Origin: an uncultured Prevotellaceae bacterium
GTDB lineage: Bacteria; Bacteroidota; Bacteroidia; Bacteroidales; Bacteroidaceae
Reading direction: 5' to 3'
NCBI GenBank assembly: GCA_945932615.1
Contig: CAMEQD010000006.1
Coordinates: forward strand, 5,825 to 69,824
Length of the DNA: 64,000 nucleotides
Positions 26,015 through 35,235 of the stretch are shown here, in pieces (position 1 is the first letter of the stretch; each line of letters opens with the position of its first letter). The translations under genes were made by a program, and so were the position numbers. Below the pieces are notes generated by a model, which was not told the DNA's origin, ran no database searches, and saw only the letters and a program-made list of their open reading frames with translations.

Positions 26015-26238
26015 ACACTTTTATATGATATGGGCAAGTATTTTCATTATATTTGCACACAATAGCGCATTTTGTGCAAGTATATGGGATAAAAAGTATT
26101 CTCACCACATTATTAATTTTATACATGGCGGATTAATTCTTATCTACTGCTTTACGTATACACAGCAGACCCGCCATGCTGGTGTGCAAGACGGGTCTGC
26201 GATATGTGGATTGGCGGTATGTCACCGCATCTTGTCTG

Positions 26239-27885
26239 TTACTTTCTGGCCTTGGCGAGTGCCTTCTTGGCGTTGGCTACGGCCTTGGTGTACTTGGCTG
26301 TTGCGCTCTTGAGGGCCTTGGCATCGTTGGCTTTCTTGGCTGCCTGTACTGCGTCGTAGAGATCCCAGAGCTTGAAGTCGGCTGTGACTTTCTTCTGTGC
26401 CTCGGTGTAGGCTGCGGCTGCGGCTTCTGTGGCTGCCTCTTCTTCGGCTGGGGCGTACTGATGCTTGTAGCCGTCTACCTTGTTCCAGTAACCGCGTGTG
26501 AAGTCGGGGAATGTCACTGCTGCACAATTGTTGTCCATAGAGAGGGTACCGAGCTCTGCGAGACAGCACCACTCGGCCATGTCATATACGTCCATATCGA
26601 GGGGAAGACCATTTTGCAGGCAGTATACGAGGCGTGCGTCCATGATGAAGTCCATACCGCCGTGGCCCATCTCACGGCCGAGCTCGCCGTACTTAGCCAG
26701 GATTGGGTGGTAGTACTTCTTGACGAGGGCTTCCTTCTGCTCTGCGTTGAGGAAACCGTGTGCGTTGAGGTTGTCTACCTGTGGTGCACCTGTGCCCTTC
26801 ATGGCGTCAGCTCCGAGAGCGAACTCTTCGGTGGGGTACTTGGTGGCATAGCCCTTGGTACCAGTGAGCTTGAAGAGACGGTTGTAGGGCTGTGGGGTCA
26901 TGACGTTGTGCTGGATTTCTACGACCTTACCCTTGGCGGTACGCATGAGGGTGGTGGTGTGGTCGCCGTTGCGGAACTCCTTGCACTCCTTGCCTGTCTT
27001 GTTTTTCACCCACTCTTTGCCTACGAAGCTCTCTGTGTCCATAGCGGTGAGAGTGGTGAAGCGGTCACCACGGTGTATGTTGAGACACTGTGCCACGGGG
27101 CCAAGGCCGTGTGTGGCGTATACGTCGCCGCGGTTCTCCTTGTTGTACTTCATACGCCAGTGGAGATTCTCGGTGTCGTTGTCGGCAGGGTCTTTCCAAT
27201 AGTAGTCCCAGAACCACTCAAGACCGTGGATGTATGCTCCCTCGGCGCGGATTATTTCTCCGAAGAGACCGTCCTGTGCCATGGCGAGGGCGTTCATCTC
27301 ATAGTAGTCGTAGCAGCAGTTCTCGAGTATGAAGCAGTGCAGACGTGTCTTCTCTGTGAGATCGATGAGCTCCCAGCACTGCTCGAGGTTCATGGCGCTT
27401 GGTACTTCGATGGCTGCGTGCTTGCCGTTGAGCATGGCGCACTTCGCTACGGGGAAGTGGTGATTCCAGTCTGTGGCTACGTATACGAGGTCGATGTCCG
27501 GACGCTTGCAGAGCTCTTCGTAGCCTTTCTCGCCGTAGTATACGTCGGCAGGCTTCAAGCCTTTCTCGCGCATGTATTTCTGGCAGCCTTCGGCGCGTGC
27601 TTCTTCGTAGTCACAGAGGGCTACTATTTCTACGCCTGGGATATTACAGAAACGCATTACTGCCCCAGGACCGCGCATACCGAGACCTACGAAGCCTACG
27701 CGCACGGTCTGAATCTTCGGTGCTTTCAGACCAAGGGCATGCTCCTGCCCTGCGGGGCGTGCGGGGGTCTCTACCACGATTGTACCCTTGTCCCAATGCC
27801 ACTTTGTGCTTGGTGACAATGACTGAGCGCCTGCTGCGAGTGAGAATGCAGCAAGTGACGCCATCAGAAAACTTTTAATCTTCAT
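26239..27885 (-). CDS. Gfo/Idh/MocA oxidoreductase-fold glycosidase (GH109-like) with Ala/Lys-rich C-terminal tail
   Basis: It has a signal peptide (MKIKSFLMASLAAFSLAAGAQS) and a Rossmann motif (RVGFVGLGMRGPG). The start at 27885 fits better than 27936. Confidence 0.8.
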   Translation of the reverse strand: MKIKSFLMASLAAFSLAAGAQSLSPSTKWHWDKGTIVVETPARPAGQEHALGLKAPKIQTVRVGFVGLGMRGPGAVMRFCNIPGVEIVALCDYEEARAEGCQKYMREKGLKPADVYYGEKGYEELCKRPDIDLVYVATDWNHHFPVAKCAMLNGKHAAIEVPSAMNLEQCWELIDLTEKTRLHCFILENCCYDYYEMNALAMAQDGLFGEIIRAEGAYIHGLEWFWDYYWKDPADNDTENLHWRMKYNKENRGDVYATHGLGPVAQCLNIHRGDRFTTLTAMDTESFVGKEWVKNKTGKECKEFRNGDHTTTLMRTAKGKVVEIQHNVMTPQPYNRLFKLTGTKGYATKYPTEEFALGADAMKGTGAPQVDNLNAHGFLNAEQKEALVKKYYHPILAKYGELGREMGHGGMDFIMDARLVYCLQNGLPLDMDVYDMAEWCCLAELGTLSMDNNCAAVTFPDFTRGYWNKVDGYKHQYAPAEEEAATEAAAAAYTEAQKKVTADFKLWDLYDAVQAAKKANDAKALKSATAKYTKAVANAKKALAKARK

Positions 27886-27958
27886 AGTTTGATTAGGTTT
27901 ATGAATAAAATGTATTTGTTTTGAGAAATATTGCACTCATCTCTTACGATTCTGCTCA

Positions 27959-27990
27959 CAAAGTTAACGTATTTTTTTTAGTATTCCAAA
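27959..27990 (-). promoter_or_regulatory. Full promoter (TTTG-N20-TAACTTTG on minus strand) for the GH109-like gene
   Basis: CAAAGTTA (27959-27966) and CAAA (27987-27990) are spaced 20 nt apart. Confidence 0.6.
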
Positions 27991-28057
27991 TTTTTGTTTA
28001 AAATAAGCGGATACACCTTATATAATACCCCAATATTCTCGATGCATTTCGGATAAA

Positions 28058-28089
28058 TTTGCCGTTTACAAATTATTTGTATAACTTTG
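28058..28089 (+). promoter_or_regulatory. Full promoter TTTG-N20-TAACTTTG for rlmN
   Basis: The match is exact and lies 19 nt before the ATG at 28108. Confidence 0.65.
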
Positions 28090-28107
28090 CACGCATATTA
28101 CTGCGCT

Positions 28108-29151
28108 ATGACAGATATGATGACTACCTCAAAGACTCCTCTGCTCGGCTTGAACCTTGCCGAAATGGCACAGGTGGCATCGGAGGTGGGGCTGCCCAAA
28201 TTTGCGGCAGGGCAGATGTACGAATGGATATACCGCAAAGGGGTAAGCGAGATTGGACAGATGTCGAACATCTCGCTCAAGGCTCGTGCCTCGCTATCCG
28301 AACGATACAGTGTGGGGCTGATGCCGCATACCGACTGCCAGCGCAGTGTGGACGGGACGGTCAAGTACCTCTTCCCCACCCTGTCGGGACATAGGGTTGA
28401 GTCTGTATTTATCCCAGACGCTGACCGGGGCACTCTGTGCGTGAGCAGCCAGGTAGGTTGCCGTATGGGCTGTAGGTTCTGCATGACGGGTCGTCAGGGA
28501 TTCCAAGGCAATCTGACTACGACGGATATACTCAACCAGATTTATGCTCTCCCGGAGCGTGACAGACTGACAAACATCGTGTTTATGGGTCAGGGAGAGC
28601 CTCTTGACAACATCGACGAGGTTCTGCGCGCCACGCAGATACTCACTTCGTCCAAGGGATGGGCATGGAGCCCCAAACGCATCACGGTGAGCACTGTGGG
28701 AGTGAGAAAGGGATTGCTGCGTTTCCTACAGGAAAGTCCTTGCCATCTCGCGGTATCGCTACACAACCCTTTCCCCGAGGAGCGTCTGGAGATGATGCCT
28801 GCTGAGCATGGATATTCGCTCACGGAGTTTCTGCCCTTGCTCGCCAGGCAAGACTGGTCACACCAGCGCAGGCTCTCGTTTGAGTACATAGTCTTCACGG
28901 GCATCAACGACTCGTTGCGCCACGCTCAGGCTTTGGTGGACTTGCTCTCGCACGTGGAGTGCCGTGTCAATCTGATACGCTTCCACGAGATTCCCGACTC
29001 ACCTTACCGCACTACAGACGAGGAGCGCATCGTCTGGCTTCGTGACTTTCTCACCCAGCATGGTGTGACTACGACCATTAGAGCCAGCCGCGGACAGGAC
29101 ATTTGGGCTGCCTGTGGACTTCTGAATACGAAAACCAAAACTCCAAGATGA
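28108..29151 (+). CDS. rlmN: 23S rRNA/tRNA (adenine-C2)-methyltransferase, radical SAM
   Basis: CVSSQVGCRMGCRFCMTG is the radical-SAM cluster motif, and GEPL and IWAACG are also present. The promoter at 28058-28089 places the start at 28108 rather than 28087. Confidence 0.9.
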   Translation: MTDMMTTSKTPLLGLNLAEMAQVASEVGLPKFAAGQMYEWIYRKGVSEIGQMSNISLKARASLSERYSVGLMPHTDCQRSVDGTVKYLFPTLSGHRVESVFIPDADRGTLCVSSQVGCRMGCRFCMTGRQGFQGNLTTTDILNQIYALPERDRLTNIVFMGQGEPLDNIDEVLRATQILTSSKGWAWSPKRITVSTVGVRKGLLRFLQESPCHLAVSLHNPFPEERLEMMPAEHGYSLTEFLPLLARQDWSHQRRLSFEYIVFTGINDSLRHAQALVDLLSHVECRVNLIRFHEIPDSPYRTTDEERIVWLRDFLTQHGVTTTIRASRGQDIWAACGLLNTKTKTPR

Positions 29152-30173
29152 AAAAGACTGCACTGATACTCCTTGCTGCCGCGCTCTCGCTGACGGCTTG
29201 CAAGAAGGAGAACTTCTTCCCCACAGCGAGCGGACGCCCATACGAAGTGCTCGTAGTGATGGACAGCACAGACTGGAAGGCTCCTCATGGGCGTGCTTTG
29301 TTTGACGTGCTCGACACTGACGTTCCCATGCTGCCTCAGAGCGAGCGTTCGTTTCGCATCTCGCAGACCGAGGTCAAGGACTTTGACCGTGTGCTCAACA
29401 TCTTCCGCAACATCATCATCGTCAACATTGACCCGCACCAGTTCACGCGCACCAAGATGAAATTCACTCGCGACAAGTGGGCGATGGAGCAGATTGTACT
29501 CACCATCAATTCGCCATCGGAGGAGGAGTTTCGCAACTTCTGCGTCGAGCACCGTCAGGATATAGTAGACTTCCTCACCCGCACCGAGATGAACCGCCTG
29601 GTCAAGGAACTGAAGCAGAAACACTCCAAGGTCACTTTCGACCTTGCAAAGCAGATATTCGACTGTGAAATCTTTGCGCCCAAAGAGCTGCAGTCATACA
29701 AGAAGGGCAAGGACTTCGTCTGGACGAGCAACAATACCGCGAGCGGTCTGGAGAATATGGTCATCTACTCATACCCGTACGAAGGCCCACAGACTTTCAA
29801 CAAAGAGTACCTCTGCCACAAGCGCGACTCCGTCATGCAGGTCAACCTCCCCGGCGAGAAGCCAGGCATGTATATGCAGACCGATACTCTCTGCACCGTA
29901 GTGCGACCAATCGTTGTTCACAACAACTACGCCATGGAGATGCGTGGTCTATGGATAATGCGCAATGACTGTATGGGTGGCCCTTATGTCAGCCATCACA
30001 GGGTAGACACCGAAAACAACAGGGTCATCGTAGTCGAGGGCTTCGTCTATGCCCCCGAGAAGATGAAGCGTGGCCTGATACGCCGCCTCGAAGGCTCGCT
30101 ATACACTCTAAAACTGCCTGAGGAGCAATATGTAATCGAAATCAACCCGGGAGTGGAGGAGGAGAAGAAATGA
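29148..30173 (+). CDS. DUF4837-like lipoprotein
   Basis: MKKTALILLAAALSLTAC is a lipobox, followed by SGRPYEVLVVMD...LPQSERSF. Its ATG overlaps the rlmN TGA (ATGA). Confidence 0.7.
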   Translation: MKKTALILLAAALSLTACKKENFFPTASGRPYEVLVVMDSTDWKAPHGRALFDVLDTDVPMLPQSERSFRISQTEVKDFDRVLNIFRNIIIVNIDPHQFTRTKMKFTRDKWAMEQIVLTINSPSEEEFRNFCVEHRQDIVDFLTRTEMNRLVKELKQKHSKVTFDLAKQIFDCEIFAPKELQSYKKGKDFVWTSNNTASGLENMVIYSYPYEGPQTFNKEYLCHKRDSVMQVNLPGEKPGMYMQTDTLCTVVRPIVVHNNYAMEMRGLWIMRNDCMGGPYVSHHRVDTENNRVIVVEGFVYAPEKMKRGLIRRLEGSLYTLKLPEEQYVIEINPGVEEEKK

Positions 30174-30382
30174 GTTTGGAGGTTTTGAGGTTATGAGGTT
30201 GTAAGGTTATTAGGTTATAAGGTTTTGCCTTTACTTTAATAGCACATTAAATAGCCATTAAATGACAATTAAAACATTATGACCTCAAAAATAACCTCAT
30301 AACCTTAAAACCTTAAAACCTCATAACCTCAAAAATAACCTCATAACCTTAAAACCTCATAAACCTCATAACCTCAATAAAA
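30171..30382. repeat. Intergenic palindromic element, GAGGTT/AACCTC type (archetype)
   Basis: The 26-nt arm at 30183-30208 (TTTTGAGGTTATGAGGTTGTAAGGTT) is complementary to 30309-30334 at 25 of 26 positions. The core is AT-rich, and the right arm is duplicated and runs up to the next ATG. Confidence 0.9.
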
Positions 30383-31039
30383 ATGTTCAACCTCAAAATA
30401 GGAATCACCCATAGCGATGATTGGGGCAAAGCCCTGATTGCAGACAAGTTTGAAGAGAGTGAAGAGAAAGACATGATGTCAGACATCTGCACTCCTACCT
30501 TTTACGAAGCCCAAGGCGAAGAAGGCATAGACCAGGCTCTCCACGACTGGGAGGAGGGGCTCACCGATGCTATCCTCATCGTACAAGAAGAAGGCAAGTG
30601 GCGACTCAACCCTGCCAGTCTACGCGGTACGGACATGCTCGTATGGGGCGATGTTCGTCTGGCCTTTGCCACAGACGAATGCGGCATGGAGGAGCAGATA
30701 GACGACATGACCTACGCATTGCGTCGTGAGTTCGAAATCGACAAGCCACGCATAGCGGCTGCCTTCGATACCGACAATCTCCACGCATACGACGTAGTCC
30801 TGACCAAAGACAGGGATGAGGCCATACAGACCTTTCTCGAAATCACACGAGGTCACGGTATTGTCTACACTACAGGGCGCGAACTCGTAGCGACATCTCC
30901 CCTCAGCCCCGAGAGTCTCAACCAGTGTATATATCTCTCGAAGGATATCCTTGCCGCACGCTCACGCTATGATGCTGCACGCAGCAACCCCCTGCCCAAA
31001 TTGTTTCATGACCGCAAGGAAGACCCAAGGCGCAGCTAA
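30383..31039 (+). CDS. Hypothetical acidic protein (218 aa)
   Basis: Clean ORF with the local codon style. The N-terminal KIGITHSDD only vaguely recalls PdxA-type starts, so I assign no family. Confidence 0.55.
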   Translation: MFNLKIGITHSDDWGKALIADKFEESEEKDMMSDICTPTFYEAQGEEGIDQALHDWEEGLTDAILIVQEEGKWRLNPASLRGTDMLVWGDVRLAFATDECGMEEQIDDMTYALRREFEIDKPRIAAAFDTDNLHAYDVVLTKDRDEAIQTFLEITRGHGIVYTTGRELVATSPLSPESLNQCIYLSKDILAARSRYDAARSNPLPKLFHDRKEDPRRS

Positions 31040-31063
31040 TACAAACCACCCATACGAAAACGA

Positions 31064-32005
31064 ATGGAACTGATAGACAAAGTACGCTCCACACTCAAAT
31101 GTCAGGAGACAGAGGGTCCCTTTGAGCTCTATGTGACACGCACTCCAGGGTATCTTTGGGCGCGCCTCTTTGCAAAAATGGGGGTGCATCCTATTGTGGT
31201 CACCCTGACGAGCATCGTCATAGGCGGAGCCAGCGGTTGGTTCTTCTATCAGAAAGACTTGGGCATGAACCTCATAGGTATGCTGCTGCTCATCTGGGCA
31301 AACTGGTACGACTGTGCCGACGGACAATTGGCACGAATGACCCACAAGTGTACCCTCATCGGACGCATACTCGACGGGTTTGGCGGAGACGTATGGTTCT
31401 TCTCTATCTATGTCTTTCTCTGCCTGCGCATACAGTCCGACATTATTCCCTTTACCGACCAGCAATGGGGAGTGTGGATATGGCTGCTCTGCGCGTGGGC
31501 AGGATTCCGCTGCCACGCACGTCAGTGCTCCATTAGCGACTATTACCGCAATATACACATGTATTATCGTCTCGGACGAGACAGAGCCGAACTGGACACT
31601 TCTGTCCAGGTGACCGACGAGATGCGCTCTCTGCCATGGGACAGACACGAATGGTTTCACAAGATATACCTCTTCTTCTATGCCAGATATACCCGAGGGC
31701 AGGAGGCTCAGGTCAGACACTTTCACAAGATGAAGTCTCTGCTCGAAGAGAGATACGGCGAGAAGATTCCACAGCCCATACTCGACGAGTTCTGCCGCCA
31801 GAGCCGCAAGCTGATGCCCATGACGAACATTCTCACTTTCGACACACGAGTGGGTGTGATGTTCCTCAGCATCGCGCTTGGCGTGCCATACGTTTACCCC
31901 ATAGTAGAGATTACCGTATTTGAGCTCCTCAAGGCATACATGATACACCGCCACGAGGACATCTGTAAAAACATCTGCAACGAAGTATCATGCCACACAG
32001 CGTAG
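31064..32005 (+). CDS. CDP-alcohol phosphatidyltransferase family membrane protein
   Basis: DCADGQLARMTHKCTLIGRILDGFGGD fits D(x2)DG(x2)AR(x8)G(x3)D(x3)D. Several TM helices are apparent. Confidence 0.8.
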   Translation: MELIDKVRSTLKCQETEGPFELYVTRTPGYLWARLFAKMGVHPIVVTLTSIVIGGASGWFFYQKDLGMNLIGMLLLIWANWYDCADGQLARMTHKCTLIGRILDGFGGDVWFFSIYVFLCLRIQSDIIPFTDQQWGVWIWLLCAWAGFRCHARQCSISDYYRNIHMYYRLGRDRAELDTSVQVTDEMRSLPWDRHEWFHKIYLFFYARYTRGQEAQVRHFHKMKSLLEERYGEKIPQPILDEFCRQSRKLMPMTNILTFDTRVGVMFLSIALGVPYVYPIVEITVFELLKAYMIHRHEDICKNICNEVSCHTA

Positions 32006-32718
32006 CACTCATACTCGCAGGAGGCGAAGGGAGCCGCATGAACATGAGTATCCCCAAGCAATATGTCATGGTAGACGGTCAGACTGTCCTCCAGCACACT
32101 ATGCATGCCTTTCAGCAGCATCAGCTCGTCAGCGACATATACGTCGTGGCCTCGCTGCGATGGCAGGACAGTGTGACACAAATGGCAAAAGACGCAGGCA
32201 TCACTAAGTTCAGGCCTTGCATCGATGCTGGCAGCACCAGTTTTCTGTCTTTGCGCAATGGCATAGCAGCTCTCGCCCGACACGAAAACGACGATACCAT
32301 AGTGCTCGTACACGATGCCGTCAGACCCCTCGTCTCGCAAGACGTCATAAGTCGCAACATCGCCGTATGCCTCAGCAAGGGCAATGCCATAACTGCCCAG
32401 TCCAGTCAGGAGAGCTTTATGGTCATCGACGAAGAAGCATGGTGTCACAAGGACACTCCCTCAGGCACTGCCTCACGGTCGTACATTCCACGAGAGAGCC
32501 TCCTTCTGGCGCAGACCCCACACACCTTTCCACTCGGCGTGCTCAAAGACATGATGGCATTGGCACAAGAGCGGGGCATCACCCAGTCACAATCTCTCTA
32601 CACCCTTGCCAACCAACTCGGACACACTCCCCTTTACGCAGCACAGGGTGAGACCATCAACTTCAAGATTACATATCCACAAGACATTCTGATACTGCAA
32701 GCTTTACTCAAAACATAA
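31990..32718 (+). CDS. ispD: IspD-family cytidylyltransferase (MEP cytidylyltransferase-like)
   Basis: VALILAGGEGSRMNMSIPKQYV is the nucleotidyltransferase P-loop-like start. It overlaps the upstream gene by 16 nt. Substrate assignment is not certain. Confidence 0.7.
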   Translation: MPHSVALILAGGEGSRMNMSIPKQYVMVDGQTVLQHTMHAFQQHQLVSDIYVVASLRWQDSVTQMAKDAGITKFRPCIDAGSTSFLSLRNGIAALARHENDDTIVLVHDAVRPLVSQDVISRNIAVCLSKGNAITAQSSQESFMVIDEEAWCHKDTPSGTASRSYIPRESLLLAQTPHTFPLGVLKDMMALAQERGITQSQSLYTLANQLGHTPLYAAQGETINFKITYPQDILILQALLKT

Positions 32719-32724
32719 TCCACC

Positions 32725-33966
32725 ATGAACAACCCCACTATCCAAGACATCAAGGCCCGCTACCATATCGTAGGGCGCGATGAGAAGCTCGAACGCGCAC
32801 TCGACACGGCACTTCAGGTAGCACGCACCGATCTGAGCGTCCTCATACAGGGCGAAAGCGGTGTGGGCAAGGAGATTATACCACGCATCATACACGATCA
32901 CAGCCCACGCAAACGCGGCCGCTATATCGCCATCAACTGTGGCAGTATACCCGAAGGCACCATCGACTCCGAACTCTTCGGACACGAGCGCGGTTCTTAC
33001 ACTGGTGCCATAGATGAGCGCGAAGGATATTTTGGCGCAGCCGATGGCGGCACGCTCTTTCTCGACGAAGTAGGCGAACTCCCTATGACTACACAGGCGC
33101 GTCTGCTGCGCGTCCTCGAAACTGGCGAATATATACGGGTAGGTAGCGACCAGCCTCGCAAGACCGATGTTCGCATAGTGGCTGCCACCAACGTCGACAT
33201 ACCCAGTGCCATACGCGAAGGCCGTTTCCGCGAAGACCTTTACTATCGTCTATGCACCATCAATATCAAGATGCCGCCCCTGCGCGAACGCGGCATAGAC
33301 AGCGTCCTGCTCTTCAAGATGTTTGCCATGGACACCGCAGCCCAGTACCGCATACCCGAGCCCATACGCCTCAGTGCCGAAGCCGAACAGATAGTCATGG
33401 CATACAAGTGGCCTGGCAACATACGTCAGCTCAAGAACATCGTCCAGAACCTCAGTATCATGGAGCACGGAGTGCAGATAACACCTGAGGTTCTCGAACG
33501 CTATGGCATCGTAGCAGGACAGGGAGAGAGCTATTCGCTCCGACGCATTGCTGGCAGAGGCAGCGAAGGAGGCATACACGACTACGAGAACGAGATAAAG
33601 TGGCTCATGGGCGCGGTATTGCAGCTGCGCAAAGAGGTCGAAGCTCTCAAAGGCTCATTCCACATGGGCAGCCACGATCACCATGCCCCACTTCAGATCG
33701 AAGACCACAGCTACGCTACCGAAGAGCCTGCCGAGACGAACCACATCGTCATCCAGCCAAAGAGCCCCGAGCCCCAACACACGGACTACGATGACGCCTA
33801 CGAAGTCACCATCGAAGAGAGTCTCAATCTCGAAGAAATGGAGCGTCGCAACATAGTACGGGCTCTGCAGAAGACCCACAACCGCCGCAAGGCGGCAGCC
33901 CAGCTCCTGGGCATCAGCGAGCGCACCTTGTTCAGAAAAATCAAAGACTATGGAATCGAAGAATAA
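32725..33966 (+). CDS. Sigma-54-dependent transcriptional activator (AAA+ plus C-terminal HTH, no N-terminal sensor domain)
   Basis: Motifs present are GESGVGKE (Walker A), GSYTGA (a GAFTGA variant), LFLDEVGEL, and a C-terminal Fis-type HTH (AAAQLLGISERTLFRKIKDYGI). Confidence 0.9.
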   Translation: MNNPTIQDIKARYHIVGRDEKLERALDTALQVARTDLSVLIQGESGVGKEIIPRIIHDHSPRKRGRYIAINCGSIPEGTIDSELFGHERGSYTGAIDEREGYFGAADGGTLFLDEVGELPMTTQARLLRVLETGEYIRVGSDQPRKTDVRIVAATNVDIPSAIREGRFREDLYYRLCTINIKMPPLRERGIDSVLLFKMFAMDTAAQYRIPEPIRLSAEAEQIVMAYKWPGNIRQLKNIVQNLSIMEHGVQITPEVLERYGIVAGQGESYSLRRIAGRGSEGGIHDYENEIKWLMGAVLQLRKEVEALKGSFHMGSHDHHAPLQIEDHSYATEEPAETNHIVIQPKSPEPQHTDYDDAYEVTIEESLNLEEMERRNIVRALQKTHNRRKAAAQLLGISERTLFRKIKDYGIEE

Positions 33967-34489
33967 GCCACAAGTCCGGGGCATCATCACTCTTGTCGTC
34001 ATACTCGCATTCAGCATGACTACACTCGTAGCCTGCACCGTCAACTACAAATTCAACGGAGCAAGCATCGACTATACCCAGACCAAGACCATACAGATAG
34101 GAGCTTTCCCCATACGCTCCACCTACGTTTGGGCACCGATGCAGTCCATCTTCCAAAACAAGCTCACCGACATCTTTGCCAGCCAGACTCGTCTACGCCA
34201 GGTCAAGCGCAACGGCGACCTCATACTCGAGGGTGAGATAGTAGGCTTCGACCAGTTCAACAAAGGAGTCTCAAACTCTGGCTACTCCAATCAGGTACAA
34301 CTCAAGATGACGGTCAACGTACGCTTTACCAACAACAAGAAGCACGATGAGGATTTCGAACAGAAGTTCACCGCACAAACCACATACGATGCCACACAGC
34401 AACTCGTCACCGTGCAAGAGGAACTCGTCACCGAGATGTGCAAGGACCTGACCGAACAAATATTCAACGCCACAGTAGCAAATTGGTAA
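33950..34489 (+). CDS. LptE-like lipoprotein
   Basis: It has the lipobox TLVAC. Size and position (after the sigma-54 activator, before TPR/secG) match the Bacteroidota LptE-family context. Sequence-level support is weak. Confidence 0.55.
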   Translation: MESKNKPQVRGIITLVVILAFSMTTLVACTVNYKFNGASIDYTQTKTIQIGAFPIRSTYVWAPMQSIFQNKLTDIFASQTRLRQVKRNGDLILEGEIVGFDQFNKGVSNSGYSNQVQLKMTVNVRFTNNKKHDEDFEQKFTAQTTYDATQQLVTVQEELVTEMCKDLTEQIFNATVANW

Positions 34490-34491
34490 AC

Positions 34492-35235
34492 ATGTCACGA
34501 CAAGTAATCGACTACATTCGACAGAGCGATATGCTCGACACCCAGTCCGTGGAACATCTGCGTAGCATGGTTGACAAGTATCCATACTACCACGCCGCAC
34601 GCATACTCTTGCTCCGCGCCCTATACAAGATGCACGACTCTGCGTTCAACGAGCAGTTGCACAAGGCTGCCATCTATGTACCTTCGCGTCAGACTCTGTT
34701 CCAGATGTTTGAGTCAGACAACCATGCCCCCGAGTCGCCTGCAGTACGCCAGTCACGGGCAGCCGAGGTAGACGAAGAAGACCGTACCCAGGCTCTCATC
34801 GACAACTTCATCGGCAATATGCCAAGTCCGAGTCCCTCACCCAAGCATACCGTCGATGCCACCCAAGACTATATGGCATACCTCATGCAGATGGAGAAGG
34901 AGACTGCCCCCACCCAGACTCAAGCTCCCCCAATGCACGGACAGGACATCATCGACGATTTCCTCACCAACAACGAAGGCCGGTTCGAAATCACTGACCT
35001 TCCCGAAAGTGGCACACCACACATCGACGAATCCTTCCAAAATGACGTCGGGACAGGAGTTTTGACTGAAGCAATGGCTCGTATATACATAAAACAAGGC
35101 AAATATGACAAGGCTATCGAAATTATTCAGCGCATTTCCTTGAAATATCCGAAAAAAAATCGTTACTTTGCAGACCAAATACGGTTTTTACGCAAACTGA
35201 TCATCAACGAACAGGCAAAAGAGTCGTTGATGTGA
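34492..35235 (+). CDS. TPR-like repeat protein
   Basis: The C-terminal AMARIYIKQGKYDKAIEIIQRISLKYPKK is a TPR-like helix pair. The start at 34492 comes directly after the upstream stop. Confidence 0.6.
   Translation: MSRQVIDYIRQSDMLDTQSVEHLRSMVDKYPYYHAARILLLRALYKMHDSAFNEQLHKAAIYVPSRQTLFQMFESDNHAPESPAVRQSRAAEVDEEDRTQALIDNFIGNMPSPSPSPKHTVDATQDYMAYLMQMEKETAPTQTQAPPMHGQDIIDDFLTNNEGRFEITDLPESGTPHIDESFQNDVGTGVLTEAMARIYIKQGKYDKAIEIIQRISLKYPKKNRYFADQIRFLRKLIINEQAKESLM

Noticed and set aside
26176-27816. 546-aa ORF on the plus strand, one of the longest in the track
   Set aside because: It lies entirely antisense to the GH109-like gene, which has clear motifs. Its translation is Val/Gly/Cys/Leu-rich low complexity with no motif. 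It is a shadow ORF caused by codon bias.
27886-28107. Divergent gene-orientation switch near 28 kb considered as a replication origin
   Set aside because: There is no dnaA, no DnaA-box cluster and no AT-rich unwinding repeats. The interval is explained by two back-to-back promoters.
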